Assembly (NCBI GenBank): GCA_002633005.1
Contig: NMRA01000131.1
Span: 111,798 to 175,797 of the forward strand
Length of the DNA: 64,000 nt
Origin: Phoronis australis
Taxonomy: Eukaryota > Animalia > Phoronida
Direction of reading: 5' to 3'
The position numbers and the translations under genes are program-made. The notes under the pieces are model-generated. The model made no database searches. It worked only from the letters and a program-made list of their open reading frames with translations, and was not told where the DNA came from. This document shows positions 36,427 to 49,200 of the stretch, one piece after another. Every line of letters begins with the position of its first letter. The first letter of the stretch is position 1.

Positions 36427-39177
36427 CATGTGCTTGACATTTGCTCTACAACTGGATTTACTAGTACTAATTAAAAGTTTGATCTGATATTGTTTCGAGA
36501 CCTTTTATCATGATGCCAAGTGTATTGGCAATCTGGAACATAGTTCAAAATTATTTGCACACAACTATTGATAAGCAAACATCTTTCAGTTTATGCAGTG
36601 TATTGTGCTACTGTGGTTATTCTAAGTTTCCATGATACATAGGTTTCAGTTCTCCCAATAAGCCTTCCTATTCTGACAAATATTCGGGGCCAGTCTACCC
36701 TCACTCTAGTAAAACAAGTGTATATTGACTGGAAAAACTACCTTGTCAATGCGGGATTGGAAAGCTGCTTTACTTGGTTCTAAATGTTCTCAAGTATATT
36801 ATATTCTGGCTAATGTATTGTTATTGGTTTGTTGGTTATTGTTTGTATGATGTTGATGGAAAGGTTTGTTCTGGTTAGGAGCAATTATTACAGTGAAACA
36901 TGCAATTAACGTTTTTTGTGTTGTAAGGTGCCAGTTGTATTTTGTTCCTGATGTACAAGTCCTTAAGCAGGTCACCTTCAAGTTTGGATACAACATCACT
37001 CTCCTCCATCCGCCAACAATTTAACTCTAGACTTAACACTTTCTAAGTCTTTGGTATCTTTTAATGTTTTTCTTCAATCATGTTTTTTCGACATGCAAAC
37101 AAAGTGACTTCTCTGACAGAATTTCGTTCATCCGATATAAGTACAAAAACTGAATATTGAGTTGTGTGTGCATGAATGCTTCCTACACAATATTTGGATA
37201 TTGCTGGGCAATGTCTCCTTTATGAGTCAATATAACTTGTCTTTTTGTCACCTGTAGTTGTTGACCAAGTGACCATCTTTCAGTTTGTATTTACTTTGCA
37301 GATTTGCGGCTTTGATTAATAGCTGGACAAAGAACAAAAATCGAATTAGGTATTTTACTCGAGTCATTACATTGGTCTTATAATATTCCTTACTGTGACA
37401 AGATTAAATTTCTATTAGCAACTCAAATCACAAGGAATGCAAACATGCAGCTTTAAGTATTATTTTCAACATAAATTAATTACAACAGCCATGTTATTTG
37501 TTTTATTCTTTTAAATGTTGATGGAGACAATTATTGTAGTCAGGAAAAACTGCTTGGGAGTATTAAATTATAGTTACCTGTTTGTTGCAGTGTTTTTTAC
37601 TAGTAAGTAACCTGGGGTTTCCAACTAGCTTTACCTATGTAAAGAGTAATCCATTTTGCAAAAATGGTAAAATGTTTATGTACTTTTGGAAATTTTTCTG
37701 AAAATATGCTCATTGGCGTTCTTTTGGGTTGCAGTATATGTTTTCTGCAGATAATGGTCCATATAGTTGAACGTCACACACATTCAAGGTCTGAGGCAAC
37801 CTGGTACATGATTTATTTGTCAAATTTGAACATTACCCATGACTTGACCTCTAAGAAATGTTGGTGTAAACTGTTAGTGTGTTCTTCATTCTAGACTGAT
37901 TCCAAGTACGCATTCAAAACACATGGCCAAAAAAGTATATGTTTTGTTTTACCACAGTTGCATTTTATTGCAGTAGAAGTAATTCAATAAAATTGCACTA
38001 TACTAAAAATTACCAATCGCGTGATACAATTTCCGAATAGAATTCAGAGATTCGGATCATGCACCTTGATCATGGAGATCATGTCCATAAAAATGTAGGC
38101 CCCTTGACAAAACCAGAGATTTTTCATCTGAGCCTCCATTATACTGTTATGATCAGTAAGAACTTAAAAAGAATTTCAACTTGAAGTAAAATTATCTGCA
38201 TGTGACCCCAAGACAGAAGTGACGCTATTTGGTAAAAAAAATGATTTTCTGAAATTGGGCCCATCATGAATTCATACCTTGAACCATTGTGGTTGCAGTC
38301 AAGTGCTCTATTTGCATGAGCTAAATCTCACTTGATAAGTGACGGAGTATTTTAATCCTATTCAACTGGTAAAGTCACCATCCTCAACTATAAATGTCTT
38401 CCTGAGACATCAGCAAGTATTTGCAATTTTTCATAAAATAAACATATTTTACTGTTTAATAGCTCTGGGCAAAGATAGTCTATCGCATACAACAATCCTT
38501 AATAAGCATATTATTTTGTAAATAAATAAGGACTTTATTGACGACTTTGTGTATTCAGCCAAACACCTACACTACTAAAATTTAATATGCAAGAAACCCT
38601 GGTCTTATTTTATATCAATCTGCCATCGAGATGGGGTCACGTGACTACGTCTTTTGTAACAAAAACCTGGCAAATATGATGAACTTAAAAACTCACCAGA
38701 TTCATGTAGCCACACCAAATACTTAGATCATGCACATCTCGACTTGTGATAACAAAAACCTGTTACCAGCATAAATAACATGACCCAAGAGGAATCCCTA
38801 GAGGTCAACCTCGCCTGTCGGATGATGACTCATGAATCACACACACTTGAGTTCCTATATTTGGCACACGAAAGGTACACTGTTCATAATAAATGTAATA
38901 AAAAAATAAAAATGTGACCAAATTTTTTTGCTAGTTTTCTAAATTATTTCATTTTGTTCATCCAACTTTGAGTTTTTCCATACAAATCATAAGTCTTGTT
39001 TTTTATAGTCACTCTTGCAAAAGTGTATCATTTTAAAACCAATCCCAAAACAGCATTTTTGAGAAATGCATAAAGCATAGTATGTGAAAGTTTCATTTGA
39101 ATCGGCCATTATTGGGATATGATATTGTGCATGTTAGCCAATGAAATGCAACTAAAAGAACTCGGGGGGGGGGGGGG

Positions 39178-39195
39178 NNNNNNNNNNNNNNNNNN
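39178..39195. other. Assembly gap (18 N) after a poly-G run
   Basis: Directly visible. Confidence 0.98.
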
Positions 39196-39326
39196 TAATT
39201 TAAATAATTTATTCATCTGTCAAATTATAAAAGATTTACGCCTCACTATATACAAGTTTTTATGCAATTCATGTTCCAAACAAATTACATCACATTTCAT
39301 TTTCATGCTCAACTCTGTGTTAAAGA

Positions 39327-39602
39327 CTAACTTTGCATCTCTTTGCTCTTCACATACTGCTCAGTCGTCTGTGCCATTCTGCGTTTGGTGTACTCCGTCA
39401 TACACTCTCTAAACTCATTCACTTGTGTCTGACACTTCCTCCAGTCGTTATGCTCAAACATGCAGTCTTGTACTGCGTAATGTTTTTCAAGACAACCCGT
39501 TTTCTTCATCATTTCTTCCACGGGATCAACATCGTCATCATCGCCTGAGGTTGCTTTTCGTGACCAATCGTGCCCTGAGGGTTTTGTGCTCCCTGTCTCC
39601 AT
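39327..39602 (-). CDS. COA4: Cytochrome c oxidase assembly factor 4 (CHCHD8), twin CX9C protein, 91 aa
   Basis: Single coding exon; DPVEEMMKKTGCLEKHYAVQDCMFEHNDWRKCQTQVNEFRECM has the twin CX9C pattern and the COA4 signature. 5'UTR acceptor near 39760; AATAAA on the minus strand at 39208-39213. Confidence 0.93.
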   Translation of the reverse strand: METGSTKPSGHDWSRKATSGDDDDVDPVEEMMKKTGCLEKHYAVQDCMFEHNDWRKCQTQVNEFRECMTEYTKRRMAQTTEQYVKSKEMQS

Positions 39603-42600
39603 GTCAATAATTTATGCTCGTAGCAAGTCACAGAGTTCCTCCACAACCCTAACAACCTTGCTGGAGTTCTGTGTTTGTGAATAAGTACAGACGACAACAC
39701 CGCAAGAAAAGTAACCGACAATGAGACCTTTCTGTCCACCCTCAGCTATAGCATACAAACTGAAAGAGATTGAAAGGCTTTAACTACTGGTCAGCCATCA
39801 TGTTTTTCATGTAATTTGACAACAAACTAAACACACTTCCTACACTTCAAACATAGTTCAACGGGAATCAAAAAAGAAGACACCCAAACAGTGAATAAAA
39901 GCATGACATACAGTACTGACAGTTGTAAAGCTCCAAAATACTCCAGTGTGTTGCCTGTACTTGAAGGCAGTCTGGTGGCAATGGCTGCCAAAACTTCCCA
40001 TAATTCTGACCACTGAATAGTTGACAAAAAGCCAGAAGATTATATGGGCATATCTGGCACAGAACACCTTCCATGGGGGTTTAGGGAGTCACCTCCAGAA
40101 AATTTTAAAGGTTGTCGTATCATTATATGCAGTCCAGAGATTTCCTTGAATCATTTTCAGTTGAGTTGAGCAGGGTAATTGCTTCAAGGAAAAAATATAT
40201 TAACTAATTTAGTAAAAATTGACAAAGGCCAGATTTATTTTGTCACGAAAAAATCTTTTATAATCCAAAAAAACACTGACATGCCCATCCCCCAAAAAAA
40301 CAGAATCAGCCCAAAATGCACCATGGCTTCCTTGTCTGGTCCCTCAATGCAGTTTCATTTAAAATCGACAAGAGATAGTTTTGAAAATATCCCCCAATTG
40401 TTGCTTTGAATCCCATAAGTCCTGTACAGGCAACACAGTCACCTCTCAGAATCAGCTAAAAACATAAAATCCTGGTCTTCCTTTTAGAACCTACATCACT
40501 TAGCAACAACTGAGCAGAACATGATGAGAGGTTAAATCTAGATTTCATCTGTTAGCACAAGATGTAAGCTTAATACTAGTGTGGCTAACTGAATTGAGCA
40601 GCTCAAAGACAAACACCCTCCACCCCACCCAGTTATCAAGCTGCATTCAGCGCCTGCAAGGTAGGTTGTTTAGTTGAGTATTTTGATTTCTAGAGTCAAG
40701 CTTTAGCGTGGCAGTAAAACAATAGTTTTCTGCATGATGGATAGCTCAGATGTTAACACACAGGGGCAACAATGCACTTTTTCAAGTTTGCAGTAAAGCA
40801 GTCAACTTGCTGGTGCGACACTTAATTACAAATTGGCAAGACATCAAGATGGCACAATTTTGAATCAACTTGACATATCAGAAAGGCTGGGGGTGGACTT
40901 TCATTGACCTCACCAACATAAGAGATTTCAAATACTACTGGGAAAATTAATTAAGATTACTGAGAGTTCACAATCCCCAGCTCCTACCTTGGATGTCTGC
41001 ATTGCCAGAATGCACCACAGACTGTACACTTCATGCTGTACAACGTAAGTAACCACACGCCACCTGCCTCACAGCCAAAATCACTGAACAGTTTCACTAT
41101 ATAATGTTTGACATAATTAATACTACCTTGAAAATGTTTTGTGATAAACTCGGTACTTGACATCTAGCACTAAGTGCTGGTTGTCTTCAGTCCTTCTTTT
41201 CACTTTGTCAGCTGCAAACTTAAATGATTTCCAATTCTCCTGTAAAAAACGATATTCAGAGATAATTACAGCAATAGTCACTTGCAGGGGTCCTGCATTT
41301 TGAGAACCTGTTTTCTCCACTGAACAACAGGTGTCAAACTGGTTGCAAAACATGCGATTCTCTAAGTTACTAGTACAACACTTGATAGATGTGAAAAATG
41401 AAATAAAACTTCTGTGCAGTACTAGACATATACCTGAAACTGTAGGTGTAGCATTTAAGCACACACAGTCTCTGCACAGTCCACTTATTGTAAGAGACAT
41501 TTCCAAAACCATGGCGACTGGGGACATTACCCCAATAAGTTTCACTGCCTTTCAGCTGCCAAAAAAATTCACACAAACACGAACCACTACAAAAGGCAAA
41601 GACAATTCAGCAGACTCCCATTCAAGTGATTGTGTGGTAGAGGTAGACCTACATGTACCTGGCTATGCCACCACATGGACCAGTTATTCCTATATCTCAT
41701 TCTCAAAATATTTGAGTAATTAGCATGGTTTAACAAGTTGAACCTACATACAATACAGTCCCATTAACTGCCATACAGAACACATCAATAATAATCAGAC
41801 AAAATGAACCAGAATTCCCAATCATTATTGTTGAAAGTAAGCAGAATTACTCATCATGACTGCAGAGCGAAAACGGAATTCCCCACAATGATGATTGAGC
41901 ACATGCAAAGAATTCCTTGATGTGATGACTGAGCACATGCAAAGAATTCCCCGATGTGAGTGCAAGCAGAATTTACCGTCAGAGAACATAACTAGAATGA
42001 CACGTCATGATAGCTGATGACAGGTAATTTTTTGTAATAACAAGGAAACTGTATTTTGTCAGATTACTTGTAGAGTGCACTATGCAACACAACAAATTTG
42101 TCAGACTAATATTAAAATGGAGAACTGAGATATAGTGACCACATGAAATATTTTATTTTTTAGAGTTAAAATAGGTCCAAAATCACCTCTGTTATATCTT
42201 TAAGGGTGCCTTGATGATAAACACACTGTCCAGCAGGGCTTAGAAGACACACTCCTTCAGTAAGGTTTGTACTCAACAAATGGGCTGCAAAATGAAACAA
42301 AAATTTTGAGGAAGTTACGAGAAATCATGCCTGTTAACGAACAAAAAGTCCCAGGGACACAAAACTCACAAATTCCACCCGATATCTTCCCATGCAATTT
42401 TGCAAGTGTCACGCGCCAAGTCACGCACTTCGCTCAGTCTCGCACTAGCCTTTGCCTAACTCACGTGACTCAGTTGAAATATTTTGTGGTTATTGCGTGC
42501 ACGGTGAAAAAGTTAACAGTGACCAAAAAGTGGAGTTGGAATTCTTCAGATATGCTTCATCCAAGTCCAAGATATGTGTAGAAGCAGACAGGATCTCTGA

Positions 42601-42899
42601 AGAAAGTAAGCTCATTTTTAAGTGATAGTTTTGAGAGTAGAATGCATTTTTGACGAGCTGAAATCTCAAAATCGGTGGTCGGATTTGGCCAACCGCACGT
42701 TTAAAATACATGGAACGAAATGCGTACACAAGGCGATGGGAAGTATTGTAGCCCCTAACCCGCCTAACCGGCCAACCGAGGCCAGGCCAGGGGCTACGTG
42801 TTGCCTACTACTCTTCAGCTAAACTTAAGTAAGCCACGGCACAAGCACAATCCGCCTTCTCGGAACATCAAAACATATGTAACAACAAACACACGTAGA

Positions 42900-43201
42900 T
42901 ATTGCGAAACTAACTTTCTACAAAAGATTCCCACTTAACCGATGATTCCATCAAATTTTCGACGGCTTTGCTAATTTGCTTTCGAGCAAGCTGGAGCTGA
43001 ATTGGGTGAAACATGGATGTGCTACAAAATAGTAAGTTGAGTAGCTGACAAGAAACGTTCAGCAATAATTGAAGATAATTTACCAAACTTCCTACTTTAT
43101 GTAATACGATTTTCAATAAGAAAAATGTAAATTAAATAGCAAAGTCATTACTATTTTTTGTGCTAAGTGTTTTGTTGTACTGGCACACCATAACAGAAAA
43201 G
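42900..43201. promoter_or_regulatory. Putative bidirectional promoter COA4/C19orf47
   Basis: Candidate COA4 5'UTR donor (AAA|GTTAGT, minus, about 42914) lies less than 300 bp from the C19orf47 ATG; flanks are CpG-enriched. Confidence 0.45.
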
Positions 43202-46200
43202 ATGTCGGACGGTAAGGTTTGCTAAAACTGTCTAAACTTGGTATACCTGGGAAATAGGCAATCATTTTGAACTGCGGTAGTGAAAGCTGTTACGGTTCAA
43301 ATCATTAGAAGCTCTAGAATCTTGTAAAGATGGACATGAAGACAGATTGAACACGCAGATTCGGAAAATAACTATTTCGTACGTGTCGTCCTAGTATAAC
43401 TGTCAATAGCGGAGTTGCAACCGAATCGATTTAACGATTGCGCATGTCCGGAAATTAGGGTGCGCAAAGGCTACTGGGATTGTTGATGGTAAACGGGATG
43501 GCCGACTGGTTTGCACGACGTGTAATTTGTGTGCATTAAACTACGCTGTTGTATGTAATTCTGCCGCTATTCGCCCTAATTAGCGCCCATGGCTCAACAA
43601 GTGCCCCAACGCGTTTTCAGACTTTGCTAAAGTAAGCGCCCAGCCCATGAACTACATGCGAAAAATGCCCTTACATACAGTTCTAACGTCTCCAATTTAT
43701 CAATTGAAAGATCCGACAGCCTGAATTTGTAACGGACCACGAGCCTCACCGTTATGTCCGTACACTTCAAACTTACGCCGCGATTCAAAAAGAACGCAGA
43801 AGTTTTGCTGCTCTTGCGAGGGATGTGCCCCACTACGCGGGTCTGGACTTTGAAAACAGACACAGCGTACTTGTCAAAGAGCGGGATTGCATTGTTTCTT
43901 TCCAGTACAGATCTTCTCCGGCCTCAAACTTCTTTGTGCATGTGAAAACCGTGAATCGAAGACTAATAAAAAAAACTCGACCAGTGTTAGCACGCGACCA
44001 AGAAGCGCGCGCTGCATAATGTACCGACTGTCATCGAAGATTAATCGGGTAACATAGCATCGGCAAATAAATATTGGCACTAATTTCCGAAAGTTTCCAA
44101 TACCGTAAAAAGCTTCTGCATTATTTTTAAGAGAAATTATTTAACTAATCATAATTGGTGTTTTTAAGGTCAAAATGACCCACTTCGCACCCTTACACCC
44201 CAAATCTTCCGGGAAATAGCTGTTACACTACGGTCACGCATCCACTCACCCGGCGACTCAATGAGTGACATGTCGGTCTTACCGAAAAAATTCTCGAACG
44301 TTTTTAGCAGATGAGGCCAGCAAGTGCTAAGCCGTAAATATTAAAACACGCTCTGCTTGACTGCTTGACTTATTTTTTTTTGGATACAATGCACACCTAG
44401 ATCATTACATTACTCTGGCAAATGAACTCTGACAAGCACACGCACGCTTACTCTCACACACACGCATACAAACTTCAAAACAAACGTCACGTGACAACAA
44501 CATGTGTTCCCACAGAGATTTTTCTCGGGTTGCGTGCTACAATCTAGCGTAGATTTGGACTTAATCTGCAGTTAATCCAGACTTCACAAGAACTTAAAAA
44601 TCTTAGAGACGCTATTTGGAAAACTTGAGGAGGATTTCAGGTAATTTGTTGAGTCAAAGCTGTATTCTTATTTAAGAATTCAAGCCCTATCGACGATTGC
44701 GAGACCAGCAGCTACGCATTTGTCGGCAAGATTTCGCCCTGGAACTTCAACAAAATTTTATGAAAAATGATCGTAATTTAACAACGAATTTTGATAGCAA
44801 TGTACCACAATTTTGTAGAAAGTAAATAATAATAATCTGCACGCTTTATCTTAGCGCGTAATGCATATAGTGTGCATACGTTAAGTGAGTCGACCCAGAA
44901 CAGGTGATTGTGCAGAGGCATTATCCTCAAAATTGCTCATGTTGGCTTGGTTCTGGTCAAGCGAAAACAAGTTTTTTTTTTTCTACCAACCGCCGTGGAG
45001 TATTTGTTACTGTTTCTTTGAAGGGAGATATTGTTGGGCAGTTTCTAAGATACGTTTTCTTGCCGCCCTCAAAATGAGCGCTGCACACTTTATGCTACGA
45101 AGTCGGAAAGAATTCACGAAGTCGGCCTTTGCTACCAGCTCTACCGATGTCTCTGACCCATGTTTAACGCAGTTCTTGATCCTTGGGAAACAGGTAGTAA
45201 CTAAATTTTTTATTTCGCTAACTGGTATTATAGCATGCCAGGCACACAACACGTATAACCTCCCTGTGGCCGGTTCGCCCCCACGCTTGCCGACGTACTT
45301 GTTTACCAGCTTAACCACAATGCAACATTCTGACCCATTTCCAATATGGCGGCGTTGCAACTCCGCTATTGTTTAATGTTTGTAGTTTGTATTGTACGAC
45401 TACGTACGATACGAGTTAACGCCTGCGGGAATAACGGCCCTTATCAGTGCTTAGGCCTTCAACTCAACAAGTTCAAAATTGGGGTAGCAATACTCCCCCA
45501 TACACACATTTCAGCTCCATTTCCCATGAATTTAACTGGGCGGTAATCTGGTAATCAGGGCTTTATCCAGGATTTCGAAAATAGGGTGTCCAAACTGGGG
45601 TTCCCAATATTCCAGGGCATCCATGATTCCAACGACGTGTNCAATCCCCCCCCCCACACACACTCACAATGAGGTTTACTAAAAGGCCGGAGATCAAGGC
45701 TTTTGCATCTAAGTTTACAAAACAGTCTTCTATAGTGAGCTTCGTTACTAAAAAAACTGTGTAGACCAAGACTTTTACATCTAAATTTACGAAAACAACC
45801 CAGTAGCTTACCAGACAAATATTACTATTAGAGATATTGGTTGAATGAAGAGTGCACTATGTTTTTGATGATCTAGAATCGAATTGATGTTATTAAGTTT
45901 ATTATATCATCTTAACTAGCTTTAACATTCTGTAAAATAAGTCGTCAGAGCTGCAGTTGACAACCAAATATGTACTAATGCTTGAAAGCTGTTGGATACA
46001 CAATGCTTTCAATCTAGTTTGAACATGGCAACATTGTATATACATTGTATATTAATGTCAAATAGTTGGGTACCTCTTCATAATGGCTACTGGGAACCAG
46101 TTTCACTGCATTGTTTATGCACCAGTAAATCCACTTGAAGAAGTTTTGTGTTAAAAAATCTTAGCGGGTGAAGTGCCTGCACTGCGTCCATTATTCTCGG

Positions 46201-49200
46201 CATATCTACCAATGGGCTTCCCTCCCTTAACCCTTTGAATGTTTTCAGTTGCTCTCAGGCACATTAGACTGGATTAGCAACTTACTCACTGTGACTTAAA
46301 AGGTGCTAAGTGAGTAGGAGTTCTCTAGCTGGCCGTCCTGGTTGAGCAGTTATGCACTTAATTCTGTGTGTGAAGTTCAGATAAGTTGTCTCCATATTGT
46401 TGTTTTTACTTTTATCAACATCCTTGCAAATGAACATGTTGCTGAAAAATGAGTTGACACCGAGACTTGAACTGGGCTTTTCTACGTGAGAGTCAAGCTT
46501 CCAAACTGTTTGGCTTAGACTGAGGCAGTTGTGCTTGGCAAGTGGCTTGGAGAGGCTTTATTGAACTGTCATGGCTGGTAGTCACGTGATACCACAGTCC
46601 TTCCCTTCGTACAGAAAAGGTGTACGTCCTGGCTACAGATCTAGCAACATGCTAGTGCACCACTACCTGGCCGGCACCCTCTACTCTGCCTCTTATTTAC
46701 ATCATTTTGGGGTTTTGTGGGTATTATTTGGGCGCCAATGTTAAAACATTGGCCAACATTGAGACTTGGATCGGTTTCCTTTTGCGTGAGAGTCGAGCAT
46801 CCAAACTGTTCATCTAAGAGGCAAATTACTGCGTGGCAAACAGCTTGGAGGGGCTTAGGACCGTAGCCAGGCGCTAAAAACATTCGAACCTAAAAATTCC
46901 AGAGGCAGGGAGGGAGGTGATAAATTTTTGTCATGTCATATGTCCTAAATTAGACTAGACGTTCTGAACCCACAGCATCACCGTTTGAGTGAGGAGCATA
47001 CGGGACATTTCCGGACTTCCATCACTCAATCAAAGAGTATCGACATATACACCACACGTGCCTCCAGCCACAGAGTGAAGACCTTGAAAGGTCACGACCC
47101 ATATTGTAGAAAAGCCAGGGTGTATTGCACAAAATCTTGCAGTGTAACTGGCACGTGAGGATGTGCTCTGTCTAAGAAAATCCACCTTTTCATGGCTGGT
47201 GTCGAACATGAAGTAATGGGACAAAATGTTTGAAATTTCGGCAAGTGCATGTAGAATTCACGCTCTGATTAACTGGCATGGTAGGTTATTACCAGGAAAT
47301 GGGATGTGGTGCGTTTATTTTCAGTGGTGCCTATATCTTTTTTAATTAAAAACTACCTAATATACAGTTGTGGTGTTCAAAATCCATTGCGTAGCTGAGA
47401 TATAGTTTTTCTATTTGCCTTTAACATAGTTTTTCTTTTTAATAATGCTTTTAGGTGCTACAGAAACACCGTTCTGGATCAAGTTCTTCAAGGATGCTGG
47501 GATACCAGCGGGAGACGCGACAGGTTACGCCATCAAGTTCACTGATCACCGGATTAGAAAGAGCATGCTGTGCGACCTGACTAAGGAGTACCTGACTGAC
47601 ATGGGTATAGACGCTCTCGGTGACATTATTGCTATACTGAAACATGCTAAAGCTGTTCATGCTCAGGTAGGTGACAGTGTGGTCCACTGACTGACATGGG
47701 TATAGATGCTCTCGGTGTCATTATTGCTATACTGAAACATGCTAAAGCTGTTCATGGTCAGGTAGGTGACAGTGTGGTCCAGTGGTGCTGCATACATCTC
47801 TTGGTTGAAAAACTTTTGATGGTTAATGCAGTGCTAGGTTTTTGAGCTATATTTCTTGTTCCTATTAGCTTAATTTTTGTGAGTATTCGCTGTCAATGCT
47901 TTCATGGATGAAATGTAATTTGTCAATTTATGGACAATTTTGTCAGGGCAGTCCATCGACAGTGAGTGGATGGTCTGCTACAGTAATAGCATTGTTCAGA
48001 TGATATTTCTGATAGTGCAGCCAAAAATGCAACACACTTTACAGTTTCAGAATACTCTAAGTCCAAGACTTGCTCATACCTTATAGTCTGGCCAGCAGAT
48101 GGCGTGCCTGTGGAATATCTGGATGAAGTTGTCATAACAGTACAACCAGTTTTAGCTTTTTGCTATTAATTTGAAATACCAGTAACTGAACTCTAGATTA
48201 CAGTCAATCTTTGCTAGAATTGTCGAACCCTCATCAATGTTGCATACACTATTTTGTGAGACACATCTTTTATACTACTACATTGCTGTCCATGTGCTGT
48301 ATACTTTGTAGGATGTCAAAGAAAGAGCTCTGAAGGGTCTGAGCCCAGCCACAAACACCCCACCTCAAGTGAGGAGGTCCACACGTAAGTTTCATGTCAT
48401 TCATTTGTAAGCAGTGTTGGTGCAGTGATGTTGCTCCTGGTATGTAAGTGTCTAGTGTTTTTGTTTGGGAAATGACTGACCATGATTGCAACAATTACTA
48501 ATGATGCATGATGCGTCTGAGAACATAATGCAGGACTTTATCTGGCATGGTGATAACAAGATTGGTTTTACTTACTAGCTTTTAAGCTTTGATAATCAAC
48601 AGAAATCTATTGTGAGCATCTGGGATACTCTTGTAGGTGAATGATCAAATAGAGACACAAATACGCTATTTTCAACACATTGTGTGTGTGCTAAGGTGCA
48701 TTTCAGACTGTCAAATAGTTCTAAACCCATCTACCATTCAGCCAAACATCTTCATAAAGACTCTGTTACAAAACCCTGGATCCGACTATGACATGTATCT
48801 GTCTGATTGTTTCTTCCTTTTAACAGCTGCCAGTCGTACAATTCAACACTACATAGGGAGTGAGAGTAATAGCCCAGTGCCCTCTCCGGGCAGTCCTCAT
48901 ACCATGTCCGAACAAATGGCTGCGCGGCTTGGTCCTGTCAACAAAACAGGTAGGTGTGCATCCTTGAATAAAAAGTTATTGACAGTACAGTTGACAAACA
49001 TTTTGTGGAATGGTTGATGTCCAGACATTTATAACTTGAAGGTGGCTAAAGAATGTGTTTAGATGGATAATGTGTGGTGTACTTCACAGGGTGTCTGGCT
49101 GTCTCTTGTTGTCTGATGAGCTTCACAGGGTGGCTGGCTGTCTGTTGTTGTCTGATGAACTTCACGGTGGTTGGCTGTCTCTTGTTGTCTGATGTACTTC

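Noticed and set aside
39509-39739. Signal-peptide-like ORF overlapping the COA4 start
   Set aside because: Starts at GTG, is out of frame with COA4 and has no supporting homology.
41123-41723. 130-140 aa ORFs upstream of COA4
   Set aside because: Non-ATG starts and no recognisable homology; probably COA4 intron or UTR.
44540-44646. Alternative C19orf47 first exon ending CAG|GTAAT
   Set aside because: A good donor but nothing else supports it; the exon at 43202-43211 already supplies an in-phase ATG.
44885-45376. Overlapping 163 aa (+) and 117 aa (-) ORFs in C19orf47 intron 1
   Set aside because: Non-ATG starts, no recognisable motifs and no splice context; may be an unrecognised repeat.
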